64,000 nucleotides of DNA from Azolla caroliniana (Eukaryota; Plantae; Polypodiophyta), in assembly GCA_043228905.1 (NCBI GenBank), contig JBHGNT010000021.1:3410001-3474000 (forward strand), given 5' to 3'. Below the pieces are notes generated by a model that did no database searches, was not told the origin of the DNA, and saw only the letters and a list, made by a program, of their open reading frames with translations. Below are positions 45,533 through 58,205 of the stretch, piece by piece. The stretch's first letter is position 1; every line of letters begins with the position of its first letter. A program made the translations under genes and the position numbers.

Positions 45533-48500
45533 CCCAATACATGTATTTAAACATTTTTTACATCCCCGATGGGACACAAACTCAAAATCCTTTGATTAGA
45601 TGTCAAATGTTTGATGAACTAGGCCCAAGTGCAAACAGATTTGTTTTGTGTCATGACTCTATAGTGTTGCCTTTTGATGGCTAACATTGTCTGTCATGAG
45701 AACGGTATTCCAAAATTTTAGCCCATCAAATGACGGTTTGTTAAAAAAATTTGCCTTCAAAAAGTAAATACATCGAATATTCATACTAAACAATATATTA
45801 TACCCTTCTATCCTTTGCATCTTTCCAAATTTCACACTTGTAAACTCTCTAAATGAGTCCCAAACAATTCCACATCCTCGTTTAAATCATTGTTTATATT
45901 TATCTCATTTGTATCATTTGATGGTTCGTTGATTTTTGCTTTTGGGATCCATAATTATGTTGAACAATAAGAAATGGATCATGTAAAATTATGGATAGAG
46001 AACGTTTTACAAACACACCAAAATTTGATAGAGTACAAGAATTAATAGAACAAAGGATTCTTTTAAGTGGATTCTAAACAAAGATATTTTGTAAAATACT
46101 TACAATGTTTAAGTTGACATTAAACTAAATATTAATTAAAATCCCCACAAAACTTTCTTTCAATCAAAACAATAAAGAGAGAAAGAAAGAGAGTGTGCAA
46201 GTTACCGGAAAGAGTATGAGAGATAACACGTTGAGTACTTGTTGAGGTACAAAGTTGTAGATGCACTCCTCTAACCCAAAACCCACAAGCTTATCTAAGT
46301 ACCTAATTCATTATCACATAACATATTGTGGTGTGCATGTGTTCCTTTGTGCCACCGTTTTAGCACACCCTTTTTAGGATGCATGTACCTAAGCCGACCC
46401 ACCCTTTTTAGCTAAGCCTTTGTATCAACTATAAATTGAGTAAAAAGTAAGACATTAAGTAGACCGGTTTTGATCTTTTATGTGCATTTCACATATTGGT
46501 GGAGATGTGGGGTAAAATTTTAGCCGCTAACACCTTGTTCATGGTGTCCCAATTCCCTCCTGTCGCCTCTGAATCTGATACCCCTATGCAGCCTGAGTTC
46601 TCGCACCCTCATGAGTGGTCACCCCACTTCTAAATGCAGCAGCTCTTGCGACGCTATGCTTCAAATCAGCTCTTGAAACTAACCTATGGGGTGTTGATGG
46701 AAGAGGCAGCCCCCCACGTCCAAGCGTTCGCCTCTGCAATCACTCCACCCACACCATCTTGTTAGACTCTGGTAATAGTATCTCTTCCATGAGCACCGCC
46801 TTAATTCACTAGTTAGGCCTCCTCACATCCACCGCTCCCTCCATCCAAGTTCTTTTTGGCGATCACCAACATTTGTACCACTCTCGCACACAAACCCGTT
46901 GCACCGTCACCTTAGGCAATCTCACTTTCTCACATCACTTTTATGTCTTGCCCCACCAACTCTTCCCCCTCACCTTAGGTTGAGATTGGTTCCTCAAGCG
47001 TCGCGCTATATTTGTTTTCATTGCCCACCAACTTCTTGTCCCACAAGCTCCCTCGATCCCCCTCCTACATGATAGCCCTCATGCCCCCCACCTCAGCCAA
47101 GTCCAAGTGGCCCTCAGTCCACATGAGTGATTGATATCTATCCTCCGATTCCTAACTCGTTTTCCGTCATTAGCCTCGTTCAACTATCAGGGCCGGTAGT
47201 TCACGGGGATGTTCTCAACGCCTTAGGGCCATTGTAGCTCAACTCGGTGTCCATCAGATGTTTACGTCGTCATACCATCCTCAGACAAATAGCCTCACCG
47301 AACGCCTCAACAAGACCCTCAAGAAGGAGATTGTCGCTTACATCAATCCATGCCACAAAACCGGGATCAAATCTTGTCTTTCGTTACCCACACCTACAAT
47401 ACATCCATACAGGCGTCGACACGGATCAACCCTTTTCGAGCACTCTATTGGTGTAACCCTCGCCTCCCACTAGAGTCGTCCATTGATGTCCAGTCGAAAC
47501 TTGCCAACATGGATAATGCCACTTGGGAGCTCTATCTCCAACAGATGCTCCCCCTCCTTCAACAAGCCACTACTCATGTTCCTGCTCCTCAGTCTCTTGT
47601 TTCTCTCAGGGGGTAAATGTGGTGTGCATGTGTTCCTTTGTGCCACCCTTTTAGCACACCCTTTTTACAATGCATGTACCTAAGTCGACCCACCCTTTTT
47701 AGCTAAGCCAACCCAAATGGGTACCTTTGTATCAACTATAAATTGAGTAAGAAGTAAGAAGCTAAGTAGGTTAGTTTTGATCTCTTATGTGCATTTCACA
47801 ATATAATAAGTAGCCATAACTAAAAATCTACTATATTTTTAAACGCCTTGATTTTCTATAGAACATGTGACATCATCTTGTTTAGTTTGTCTTGAACTAA
47901 ATTATTTTTCATATATTTGCTAAAAATATATATAACACAAAGACACAATATCATAGAGAGGAGAGAGATCACTTACTGAAGAGAAGTACAGATGCAAAGT
48001 TGCAAAGTAGTGGATGTATTCCATCAATGATCAATTATAACTTATGTGTGAGAAAGAGTTTGGGAAAGAAAGAAAGAACAAAGTACAATTTGATCAAAGC
48101 AAAGAACTTGAGAAAGAAAGAAAGAATTATAACTTGATCAAAGCAAGGGAGAGAGTGAGAGAGAAATCAAGAAAGAAGTAGAAGCAAGTGGAGAGAGAGA
48201 AAAGAAAGAACGAAAGAAAGAAATATTAACGTCGTCTTAAGGCCAAAATTGGCCCATGAGATAGTTGGTTTACAACAAAATGGGTATTTATCCAATCATT
48301 AGAACTAAAATAAAATAAAGTATCATCAGAGAGAGAGAGAGAAACAAACAAACAAACAAAAGAGAGGAATGGGCTGAAAATAAAAGAAGCCCTAAGTTTA
48401 TATTTCACACTATGTATATGTCCGGCCAGTTTTTCTCCTTTATCACATCACATAACATATGTTTACACATTTACCTTTCTCAATAAAACTATATGTTATA

Positions 48501-48813
48501 GCCTATGTATTGTAATTTGTAACTACTAATACATGTACTATTGTTTTGGCCTTAGCAAAATTTGACGATATTAACAATTTTTAAACCTTCATTTTTACGT
48601 TTTTATAAAATATATTCCCATCAAGATTGACGTTTCATTTTCAAATTAACCTTCATATACGGTTAAATTTGCCAAAAACAGTCAAAACGGCCATCAAAAG
48701 GCAACACTGCCATTGACTCATGATAATCTTCTGGCCACATGAGCAAATGAAAGTGTCCAAATTTCCATGTTAAAAAGAAACAACTTCCCTAATCTCGATG
48801 ATACATGTTTGGG
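45533..48813. mobile_element. Possible old non-autonomous long-TIR (Mutator-like/foldback) element hosting the small LTR element
   Basis: Perfect 19-bp inverted match between 45663-45681 and 48690-48708, plus a weaker collinear inverted match between 45533-45546 and 48801-48813. True ends and TSD were not found. Confidence 0.35.
46327..47800 (+). mobile_element. Small (1474 bp) internally deleted gypsy-type LTR element with short LTRs, tRNA-Ala PBS and 4-bp TSD
   Basis: TG...CA LTRs at 46327-46493 and 47618-47800; PBS TGGTGGAGATGTGGGG at 46497-46512; G-rich PPT at ~47608-47617; ATAT on both flanks; remnants of protease (ILLDSG) and integrase (SSYHPQTNSLTERLNKTLK, YNTSIQASTRINPF). No RT was seen. 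Confidence 0.88.
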
Positions 48814-51800
48814 AAGTTTCATGTTTATTTATGGATGTCAACTTTTTAGTGCAACAAGTTTTTTGAAGCGAGTGGTTGTATGAAACTGGAAATGATTGTC
48901 TACATGCAATCCAAGTGCTACAAATATTTGGTATCTATGATTAAATCAACAAATTATGTAAGAAAACAATTCATTATAGCAATGTTCTCTACGCGTTTGT
49001 GGCTAGATGTGCCTTTTTGAAAATGCAAAGTTCAAACATTTGTTTTTTGAAGAAAAATGTTTTTTTAATTAAAACAAATTCCGAACTTCAAAGAACTTAA
49101 ATGTGAAATAAGGTTGGTTTACTATCAAATTTTGGCAATGGTTTCACAATGTTGTTAAACTATGAATGTTCGCATAAAATGTTGAGAACAAATAGTTAAG
49201 AACATATTGGTGTCAATCTCTTATATATTAAAGAAACAAACAAGAATAATCTTGGGCAATTGCATGTCTATGATACAAATGTCATGTAGTGAGCAACACT
49301 TCAAAGATGCACATGACATAATGTATGCATATATAATATCACAAAGGAATATGATATGCTTAAGGAAATATAGTTTTCTAATTGCATGGTATCTTAATAT
49401 TCATATGGAGAGGCGTGAGGCACGATGTTTCGTAGAGAGTACAAATCTTTTATTAGTTTGCTAGAACTTGGTATATGTACATGAACTTTTATTTGTAGAA
49501 TCGCGCAAAAAGCCTTACTATCTCCATTTAGGAACATTTGAGAGGTGGAAAACCTATAAATGTGATGAAACCCCCAAAAACGTATTTAGAACAAGCCGGA
49601 TTAGAAATGTCCAAAAAAATGGCATAAATATGTCCATCATTTATATGAGAGACATGACAAACATAATGGAATCGTTAGATGCAAAACCTAAATAGCGAAT
49701 ATGGATCAAAAGCTTATTATTCCCTTGAAATTCTACTTAATTCTTAATTCTCTAGAGTATCCACAAATACCACTACAAAACCCAAGAAGAAGTCTAAGCT
49801 AAATGAGGAAGGGGTTCCTCTAGTTTTCCACATCATCTACAAGTGGCCAAAGCAATTGTTCTCATTTGTAGACATGGCTAAATACATACTCATTACTATA
49901 GGGAGAATGAATCTTTCACTCCTTTGACATGTGATTCCCACCAAAATTATAATGAATTTTCTATGTGGCACGTATCATTACAAAATGCATCCAATAAAAT
50001 TTGGGTTGCAATACCATGTAAACCTTTGTGCTCAATAGAGCTTGTAAAAGCCAAGCACGAGATGAAAATAGATGTCAACCATCAAACTCATGCAACATAT
50101 TTTATTTTCTTGATGGCTAAAAACATATGGCGAAGACTTTGTCGGCCAAGTTGTACGTTACCTTTAATTGTCAATTACCCAATGCATGTCACCCTTTAGT
50201 TGGAACATTCCATGATAGAGTATATCCAACATGTCAACTATCAGACTAAGAACAACAATTTACAATTAGCAATGGAGGGTGTGGAAATGACTGGATTCTC
50301 ATATGGAGAAACTTAGGAATATTAAAATTGATCTTGAATCTTTTGTCTAAAGAAAAATTCCGGTGCACCCATCACAATTTGCAAATCCCAAGCCATATCC
50401 CTTTGATGCAAAAAAGAGTAATTAAAATATACATAACCAAATCAAGCACATCTTACCTACATTTTCCACATGTGCATACACAAAATAGATGAAAAGGTGA
50501 AGGATCTAATGAAAGGTCCTTCTGAGGCGAGCAAATTCCCCAAAAAAGTTGTTTTAAATAATGTTATAATAAACGGAACATTCAACTATGACTTTCAATG
50601 TGGTTGGAGATTTCTAATTAGTCATTAGAAAGGAATAATCTGTGAGTGGTTGCCTTCATAATCTTGACAACATCTTGTCGTAAAGACTTGTTTCTCCGCA
50701 TGCTTAAATTTCAAACGGAGGGTGACCAGGAATGTTTTAGATGAGCCTAATAGTAGTAGTACGGATTCACTTTGTTTCCTATGGAGAGACTACATCGAAT
50801 GGAATAAACACATAAATGCTAAAAGATCACCCACACAATAAGAGAAATTTAAATACATCTTTATATTATCGATCTCATATGAGAGGAGATAGTCAACAAT
50901 TTTATTTCACATGAATATGTTAAAGCCTCATATCTAGACATAATGGCATAATATATATTCGTGCATGGATGTATACTTTAAATCATTCCCCAAAAATGTG
51001 TACTTAAATGGTGGCTTTTTGTGTGCATATGTTCCATGATATCTTTTTTCCTAGGCAAAATTCATGATACTCTTTACTAGATGGTCCCGTTTCTATACAA
51101 CAACAATATGCTTCACAAGATCTTCTCCAACCTACAACAAAATTTAGATTTGACAACCCAATTATAGAGTTATTAGCCTTTGTAGTATCTTTCATAGAGA
51201 AAATTAAGAACCACTATTTTTGCCTTTTTTATTGAATATTCACTACACTAATTTTGATCATTGATGGATTCTTCCCCTCTCTTTCTAATGTAATGTTTTT
51301 CATCATTTATTGATTTGTTCTTTGTCTCTCCTCCTCTCTGAATGACTTGTATGGTTTATTAATGTGACTCATTGAGGAATATTGCTATTTATGGATTGTA
51401 TGGGAGGCCTCCAACACTGATGTTTAATTCTGATGGTCAATAGTAAGGAAACAATCAAGGGATCTAGCTCCGATGAAAGATGGAGGATATGATATATCCA
51501 AGTCCCTCTTAAACTTTTCTTGTAAACCCTAAACCATGAAAATACATCTTAACCATGTTTTAATCCCAATAACAAGCTATACATAATCGAGGTGACCCAT
51601 GAAAATAAATGTTGAAGTTGAGGTATTGAGAACCTTGTTATAGAAGCTCACACTGTAGAAATATGTCCAAATAGATATTGCCAGGAGGCAAATAATAAAG
51701 TGATACCTACTACGTTTCTAACAAGAATATTTTGCTTTCTTATGGCGACCCTTATGGGTGAATGCCTATTATGACCAACTAGAAAAATATCTTAGCCCCA

Positions 51801-52079
51801 AACGAAAAACTAGGATACAAACCCATTTGTATCACATGTTGCCACCACATTGTGGGCTTCATTATTCTCCATTCTCTCATCCACTCATGCATATAAATTA
51901 GAATTATGATCTAGACATCATTTATTTTTACTTTAGTAAGACACCTTTTTCCTTCAAATGCTCAACTAGTCTTAGATGAAGACTTGAGGAACTCTGCAAT
52001 CAAGCATCAGAAAATTGACTACCCAATCTCAGAGAAAATAAGTTTGTAACTTTGAGGACATTCCAATATTTGAATGACA

Positions 52080-52490
52080 CCTATATTGTTTGTTAAAAAG
52101 AAGGACGGTTCATTGTGTCTATATGTCCATTATCAAAGCTTCAACTAGGTCGACAAGCAAAATCTTTACGTGATGCTATTGATTCTCGGGCTCCTCGACC
52201 AATTCCAAATTGGACACATATTTTCCATAATTGATCTTAGAGGCACTTACATTTTTACATTTTGGTTCGTATTAAACATGTTGATGAATGGAAGACCACA
52301 TTTTGAATATGATATGGAGAATTTGAATATATAGTAATGCCATTTTGAACAATACATTCAATGTATGGTGAGTTATCAACAAGTTGAGTGGTTCAATCTC
52401 TCCTATTAGTTGGGTTTGGCCTACAATGATACTCTTCATTCCTCGATTGGTGCCACACCCTTCTTTGCCAACTATGCATTCTATCCCTAC
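52080..52490 (+). mobile_element. Degenerate gypsy RT and integrase fragments
   Basis: PILFVKKKDGSLCL, FSIIDLRGTY, DEWKTTF*I*YGEFEYIVMPF, then LAYNDTLHSSIGATPFFANY. Confidence 0.8.
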
Positions 52491-52651
52491 TTTAGTGTGG
52501 CTATGTATTTCTATCGGTATCGCGTAAATGCGTGTGCATGTGCTACTCAAGCAAGACCACAGGGATCTTGGACCAATGAGGACGTGAAGTTAAGAGGACG
52601 TGAAGATTGGGAGGATATGAACATAGGGGAACTTGTACTTAGGAGAGATTA

Positions 52652-53111
52652 TTTATTTATTTATTTTTAACTACGCCATAGTTTCCATTACCAATGCAAT
52701 AAGCAAATACAAACCTATAATGGTACATTTTAGTGGCGGGTAAGATATCCCCCCTTACGTCAAAATTGAAACGAACCTCCACCTATGGAGGGAACAACCA
52801 TCGTGGGGGTACATATTGCCATTCCATTTTGTCATTTCTCTCCACAAAAACTAGTAAATCCTTCCATTTGCCTTTAAAGGATTGTTGTTTCAGAAAAATC
52901 ATATCTTCATTACCCATGAAGGAGGCATATTGACCTTTTAGAGTTGAGATAAGCATCAACCAGATTTCCTTCACACAATGAACAGGATTTTGCTTTATTT
53001 GCTTAAACACATTTTGGCATCGACCTATCCAAATATTCCATAGAACCACCGATGATATCGTAGCCCATATTGTGGCATCCACATTCCATCGATTTGGGCT
53101 TGAATATGGTA
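52652..53111 (-). mobile_element. Short 5'-truncated LINE insertion with a perfect 18-bp TSD
   Basis: TGTACTTAGGAGAGATTA at 52634-52651 and 53112-53129; T-rich tail at 52652-52668; encodes the ORF2 C-terminus LWNIWIGRC..WQYVPPRWLFPP. Confidence 0.92.
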
Positions 53112-55845
53112 TGTACTTAGGAGAGATTAGCACATGGGATTAGGTTTAATACACTTGGTTAACACAAGTACACAAGATTAAGATCAAAATTAACTCGTAT
53201 ATAATTGAGATCTAGATTCACGAATATACAAGAAATCCTTTTATAATGTAGGGTTTACAAAAGATATGTCGTGAATAAGCACAATAATGGTAACGAGAAG
53301 TGATACAATGAATTATTAGAAGAGATTTGGGTACGGTAGGTTCATTGCTAGGATCCAAGCTAAGTAGACTTCGACGAGGCCTTGCCTACCATCAACGGCT
53401 ACGCCCACCTTCATTGTTGAGAGAGTATCCTCGTTCCACTTTGAGCCACTTTCATCGAGTGAGGCAAACCCTAAACACTCTCGAGTGGAAAGAAAATAAG
53501 AAAAGGAAGAAAGAACCTAAACTTTCATGAAGATGATGAAGAAGAAAACCCTCAAATCTCAAATATGTTGAGGAAAAGAAGAAACAAACCTTAAAATTCG
53601 AAGAAGAAGCCCTAAAACCCCAAGTAAAGGGAGTAGAGAAGAAGAAGATTAAGAAAAATCTCATAAGAAGGAAAGGTTGCGCACTCTCAAAAACCATGTG
53701 GGAACTTGTTAATCACTTGACCAATGCTCCAAAGGTAGTTCATGATTTTCATTTGCTTTATCCACACAAACCTACACAACTTGGAAGTTGATCCATGATG
53801 ATAAAGGAGGGGATAATGGCATAGCCATGTATATGTATACTCAAATCTTGTACATTAGTTTCCATTTGTTGGTATTAGGGAGTCGAGTATATGGGGAGTC
53901 TAAGGTGGTGTGTAGGAATTGGTAAGCATGTGATAACTCCATGTATATAAAGGGTTATAGATCTCCCTTGTTAAAATCAAGGAGATCAACACCAATTACA
54001 CCCTTGTTTTAGCTTCTTATGCACTCATTTTATAATCTTGTTCTTGTTCTTATCCCTTTATTTGTATTCGTAAATATTGTCCTTCATAGAATGTCTCAAC
54101 CACAATTATCTTTTATCACAACTCATGGTTGATAAAGATCTCCAATAAACATAAAAAATGTCAAAATAGTGATTAGGATTTATGCTTGTATAGAACAACT
54201 GATAAACCTTTATAGGAGATCCAACATTTTTGTGATCCTTAAATTATCCCATTAACTATAAAGATTCAAAGGATCCTACAACTCATCCAGATTCCACTCT
54301 AAAACGAGAAAAAAGCCCTCCCACATTCCATATTGTCAACTTTCGTCATTATTAAACCCTTGGATCTTCACTACTCCCTCTCCTCTAATGCTAGTGTTTC
54401 TATGAAATCTTGGAAAAAGATCTCCCAAATGTGTATAAGATTTATGTTGAACACATGATTTTGTTGGCTTAGAAACATCAACCTCTTATTATGTTCAATA
54501 CATCACAAAGCAACTTTACTCGCCCCTGATGTGTCATCCCTCCCCAATTCACTAAACTGTGTTGTGTTTTTCTTTTCTTATCTTTATTTATACCCCTTGA
54601 TAGTTTTTAATTAATAATTCCAAATATCTTGTATGTGGCCTTCGCTTCTCCATTGCCTCTTACATTTCCCATCTCCTTAGCATGATCTATTAGTTGTACC
54701 ACGAATATTTTATTTTATTTTCAAAATGAAGCTACTTTCCCATTAGTTAGGAATGGTTATTACAAAGAGACTATACAAGGAGGCTTAAACATAGATCGGG
54801 GAATCTCCCTCCAATCAAGTTCAAGAAAATAAGACTAGTTACAGACTGACTGCTTAATGTAAGTACCTACAGCTAAAACGGTGCCCTTCAATGATGGCTA
54901 GTACGAGACAACTCTTGGGGTCGACAGCGAAGGGAGGGTGGTAAGTGAGCCGAAAACAGCCAGCGTGGGGGTTGGTAGTTCCACCTCGGGCCACTTCCTC
55001 CTTGTGTCACCATAGGCGTGTTCCGCCATTTCTGCCAAAAGCACAAACGGGCAGTACCCACGTCAGTGGAATGGCTGAAAACCTCGTCCAATTGCCCTCG
55101 TAGGCAGCTAATAAGCACAAACCATATGTCCATGATCACTTCCTCCGGGGGCCGCACCAGATCCTGGAAGACCTTTAGGCAACGCCTTTCCATACATACC
55201 ACAGGGTGAAGCCTGCGATCAACATCCAAATGTCCGAGAACCTAGGGGATGCGGACTGCAAGCCTCTCTCAAATCGAATCTTGGCGATTTTGCCTCATGC
55301 ATACGTAGCACCAACTATCCACATTGAAGGCATCCGTCCACCTATCAACGGAGTGATCAAGCTATGCCACAACACTCCACGATGTTGTTCCTTCCACTTC
55401 ACATGCCACAAGGAGGCGAGTCACTCTATCCCATACCTTTTGAGCGTGAGGGCAATAACAATGCCTCAGAGTCTCAATAGGTGAATGACAAAGTGGGCAG
55501 CCTAACGGGCCGCCACGTTTACCTAGCCATTCACCAACAGGAACCACATTATGACCGATTTGCCACCAAAAAAACTTTATCTTTTCCGGCAAGTGGAGAC
55601 GTCAGAGACCTTTCCAAAAGGTAATGAGCACCTCATCATGGATGCCCAATGTACGCCAGCCATTGCATAAGGGGTCGTCTAGCTGTAGTTGAAAGGTCTG
55701 ACCCAGTTTAGTGTTGTACTCGAAGAAATGGCGAAATCTGCCATCATGTTTCCACCTGAAATCCCCTAGGTCCCATTCTAGTTCAATGAGGGGACAACAA
55801 CCATATACCCATAAATTCCAATGGGGTTCCACCTTAGCAACATCC

Positions 55846-56281
55846 TGTCATGATATGGCAAGACTCGAACCCATGACCTTAGGTTATATGGGTCGAGCTC
55901 TTGACCATTAGATCATCTATTGTAATACATAGAATATTATTTTCATTTACATTTTATTATAGGAAATTAGTGTATATTCCAGATTTCTCTGGAACATTCT
56001 AGAAGCTTCAGGATTACTCCTGAAAACACTATAAAAGAGGGCACTAGGCATTATGTTGAACCAAATTGGTTCAACGCCAGTCTTAAGCCTTTTAGCCACC
56101 ATTGTATATTCTCTTCACATAATACATATATTTCTTATCATCACTCTCTCCCTCTCTCGATCTCTCTTTTTCTCTCCGTCTCGCTCACTTCTTCCTTCTC
56201 TCGAAGAAGTTCTACACCTCTCATAGTACTAATCCTTCGTTTAGTACTAATTCCTTCTCTGTCTTAGTACTGTTCCTGACA
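55846..56281 (+). mobile_element. Solo LTR (436 bp) inserted in the LINE, 5-bp TSD CATCC
   Basis: TGTCA...TGACA termini; CATCC at 55841-55845 and 56282-56286; CTATAAAAG at ~56030; LINE coding sequence resumes on both sides. Confidence 0.9.
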
Positions 56282-57878
56282 CATCCGGGTCTGTCTTCCT
56301 CTTCCAGATGTTACCAACCTGCGCCACCATGCGGATTGGGTGCCAAGAGCCCCTACTCTGACTCTCCCCAAAAATCCTGTCTCTTCCCGATCCGCCCACG
56401 CCCTTCAGCGCCTTAACCCTTCCAGCCTCATCAAAGAGACCGAACCAAGCATTTTCTCTCACCTCCCCCATTGGAACCCTATCAACTGCCTCAACTATCA
56501 ATCTCTGCATCTTCATGGCTCCCCTGAGGGGAGGGAATGGGACCTCCTAGGCTCCTCCTAAAGCCACCATGCGTCTCCAATCATCTAAAGAGTGAAGCCC
56601 TGTTTGCGCCATCTTTCCCCGTCCTAGGCCTAACATCATGCCGTCACTTGTTCGTACCTGAGGGTTCCAAAATAATGGTTGTCTAGACCACTCGATTAGT
56701 GTCTCCGTCGTGTGCTTGACCAAATGATGTTGTACGTGACACCATGCCTACAAGATGGAGTTCGACCCTCTCCTCCAGAAGACAAGCCATCTTGGGAGGG
56801 ACTCCGCTTGTGCAACACCAATTCAAGGAGTCGGACCAAGGCCTACCATACTTGGGAGTCCCTGCCTACAACCTATTGCGAAGTAGAACCTTCCAACACC
56901 CCTTACCTGGCAAGAGGCAACGAACCACCATTTTGGCTAGCAATGCTCGGCTCTGCATTAAGGGGTCTATGAGGCCAAGCCCCCCTTTGGCCCACAGTTG
57001 TGTTAACCAATGCCATGACACTCTGGCGGCAACCATCGGGTTGTCCTTACCTGACCATATAAACCCCCTGATGGCAGCCTTAATCGCGTGCAAGCCTGAA
57101 GGGTCCATAATCCAGCACGAGACTGAGTGCCACATGGTGGCGACCATCACTTTGTTCGCAATAAGAACCCTACCAGCTAAGGATAGTTTAAACCTGCTCC
57201 ATTGGTTCAACTTCTTGCTTAGTTTGGCTTGCAAATGGGACAATTGCGCTCCCTTGGGGATTGTCCTCCCCATCGTAAATCTGAGGTACTTGAATGTCGT
57301 CCCATCAGGGACCCATGCAAAATCAGCATGGGGATGCCACCTTGGCTTCTCTTATTCATTGAACCAAAGGCCTTGGGTTTTATCTCAATTGATCTTGGCA
57401 CCAACAGACTGACAAAAGTCTTCAACAAGATGTTCAGCTCGCTACAAATTTGCATCATTGCCCTACAAGAAAAGGACTGTATCGTCGGCATATTTAGATA
57501 ACAGAAGATCCTCCGTCACATTGGGGATGTGCAATCTCCTCAGTCCGTTGCTTGGTGCTTGTAAGTAGGCCGAGAAAGCCTCGGTTACAAATAGATAGAG
57601 ATATGGGGCTAGAGGACAACCTTGCCTCACTGAGCAATGTAGTTGGAAGGTGGGGCCCCTAGCACCAGATACCAACACGCTACTGGTAGCAGTTCGATAG
57701 AGTGCAGAAGTGCAATTCCTCCATTGCGGGGGAAGGCCCATAGCTCTCATCACTCTTTCCAAAAAGGGCCATAACACCCTGTCGTAGGCCTTCTCAAAGT
57801 CTAACATCAAAATAGTCGAGCTCGATGCGGTGCGATCTACCAATGCCATAACTTCCTAGAGAAGCAGCACAACCATGC

Positions 57879-58205
57879 TTGATTATCATGTATGATGTCC
57901 AATAGGAAGCTTGTTATCTGCCTAGCTAGGACTTTTGCGAGTATCTTGTATATCATGTTAAGGATCGTGATTGGACGCCATTGGCGCAGCTCGAGGCTTC
58001 GCCCTGTTGCTTTAGGGATGAGATAGATCATCCCTAAAGGACAACCTTGTTTGATTCTCATGTATGATGTCCGGTAGGAAGCTTGTTATCTGCCTAGCTA
58101 GGACTTTTGCGAGTGTCTTATATATCGTGTTAAGGATCGTGATTGGACGCCATTAGCGCAGCTCGAGGCTTCGCCCTACCGCTTTAGGGATGAGATAGAT
58201 CATCC
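57879..58205. repeat. ~155-bp tandem duplication (period 172) within the LINE RT region
   Basis: CATGTATGATGTCC...GATAGATCATCCC starts at both 57887 and 58059, with a short filler between the copies. Confidence 0.9.

Noticed and set aside
52577-53700. Possible reverse-oriented LTR hosting the short LINE
   Set aside because: The composition is LTR-like, but no second copy, TSD or reliable termini could be found.
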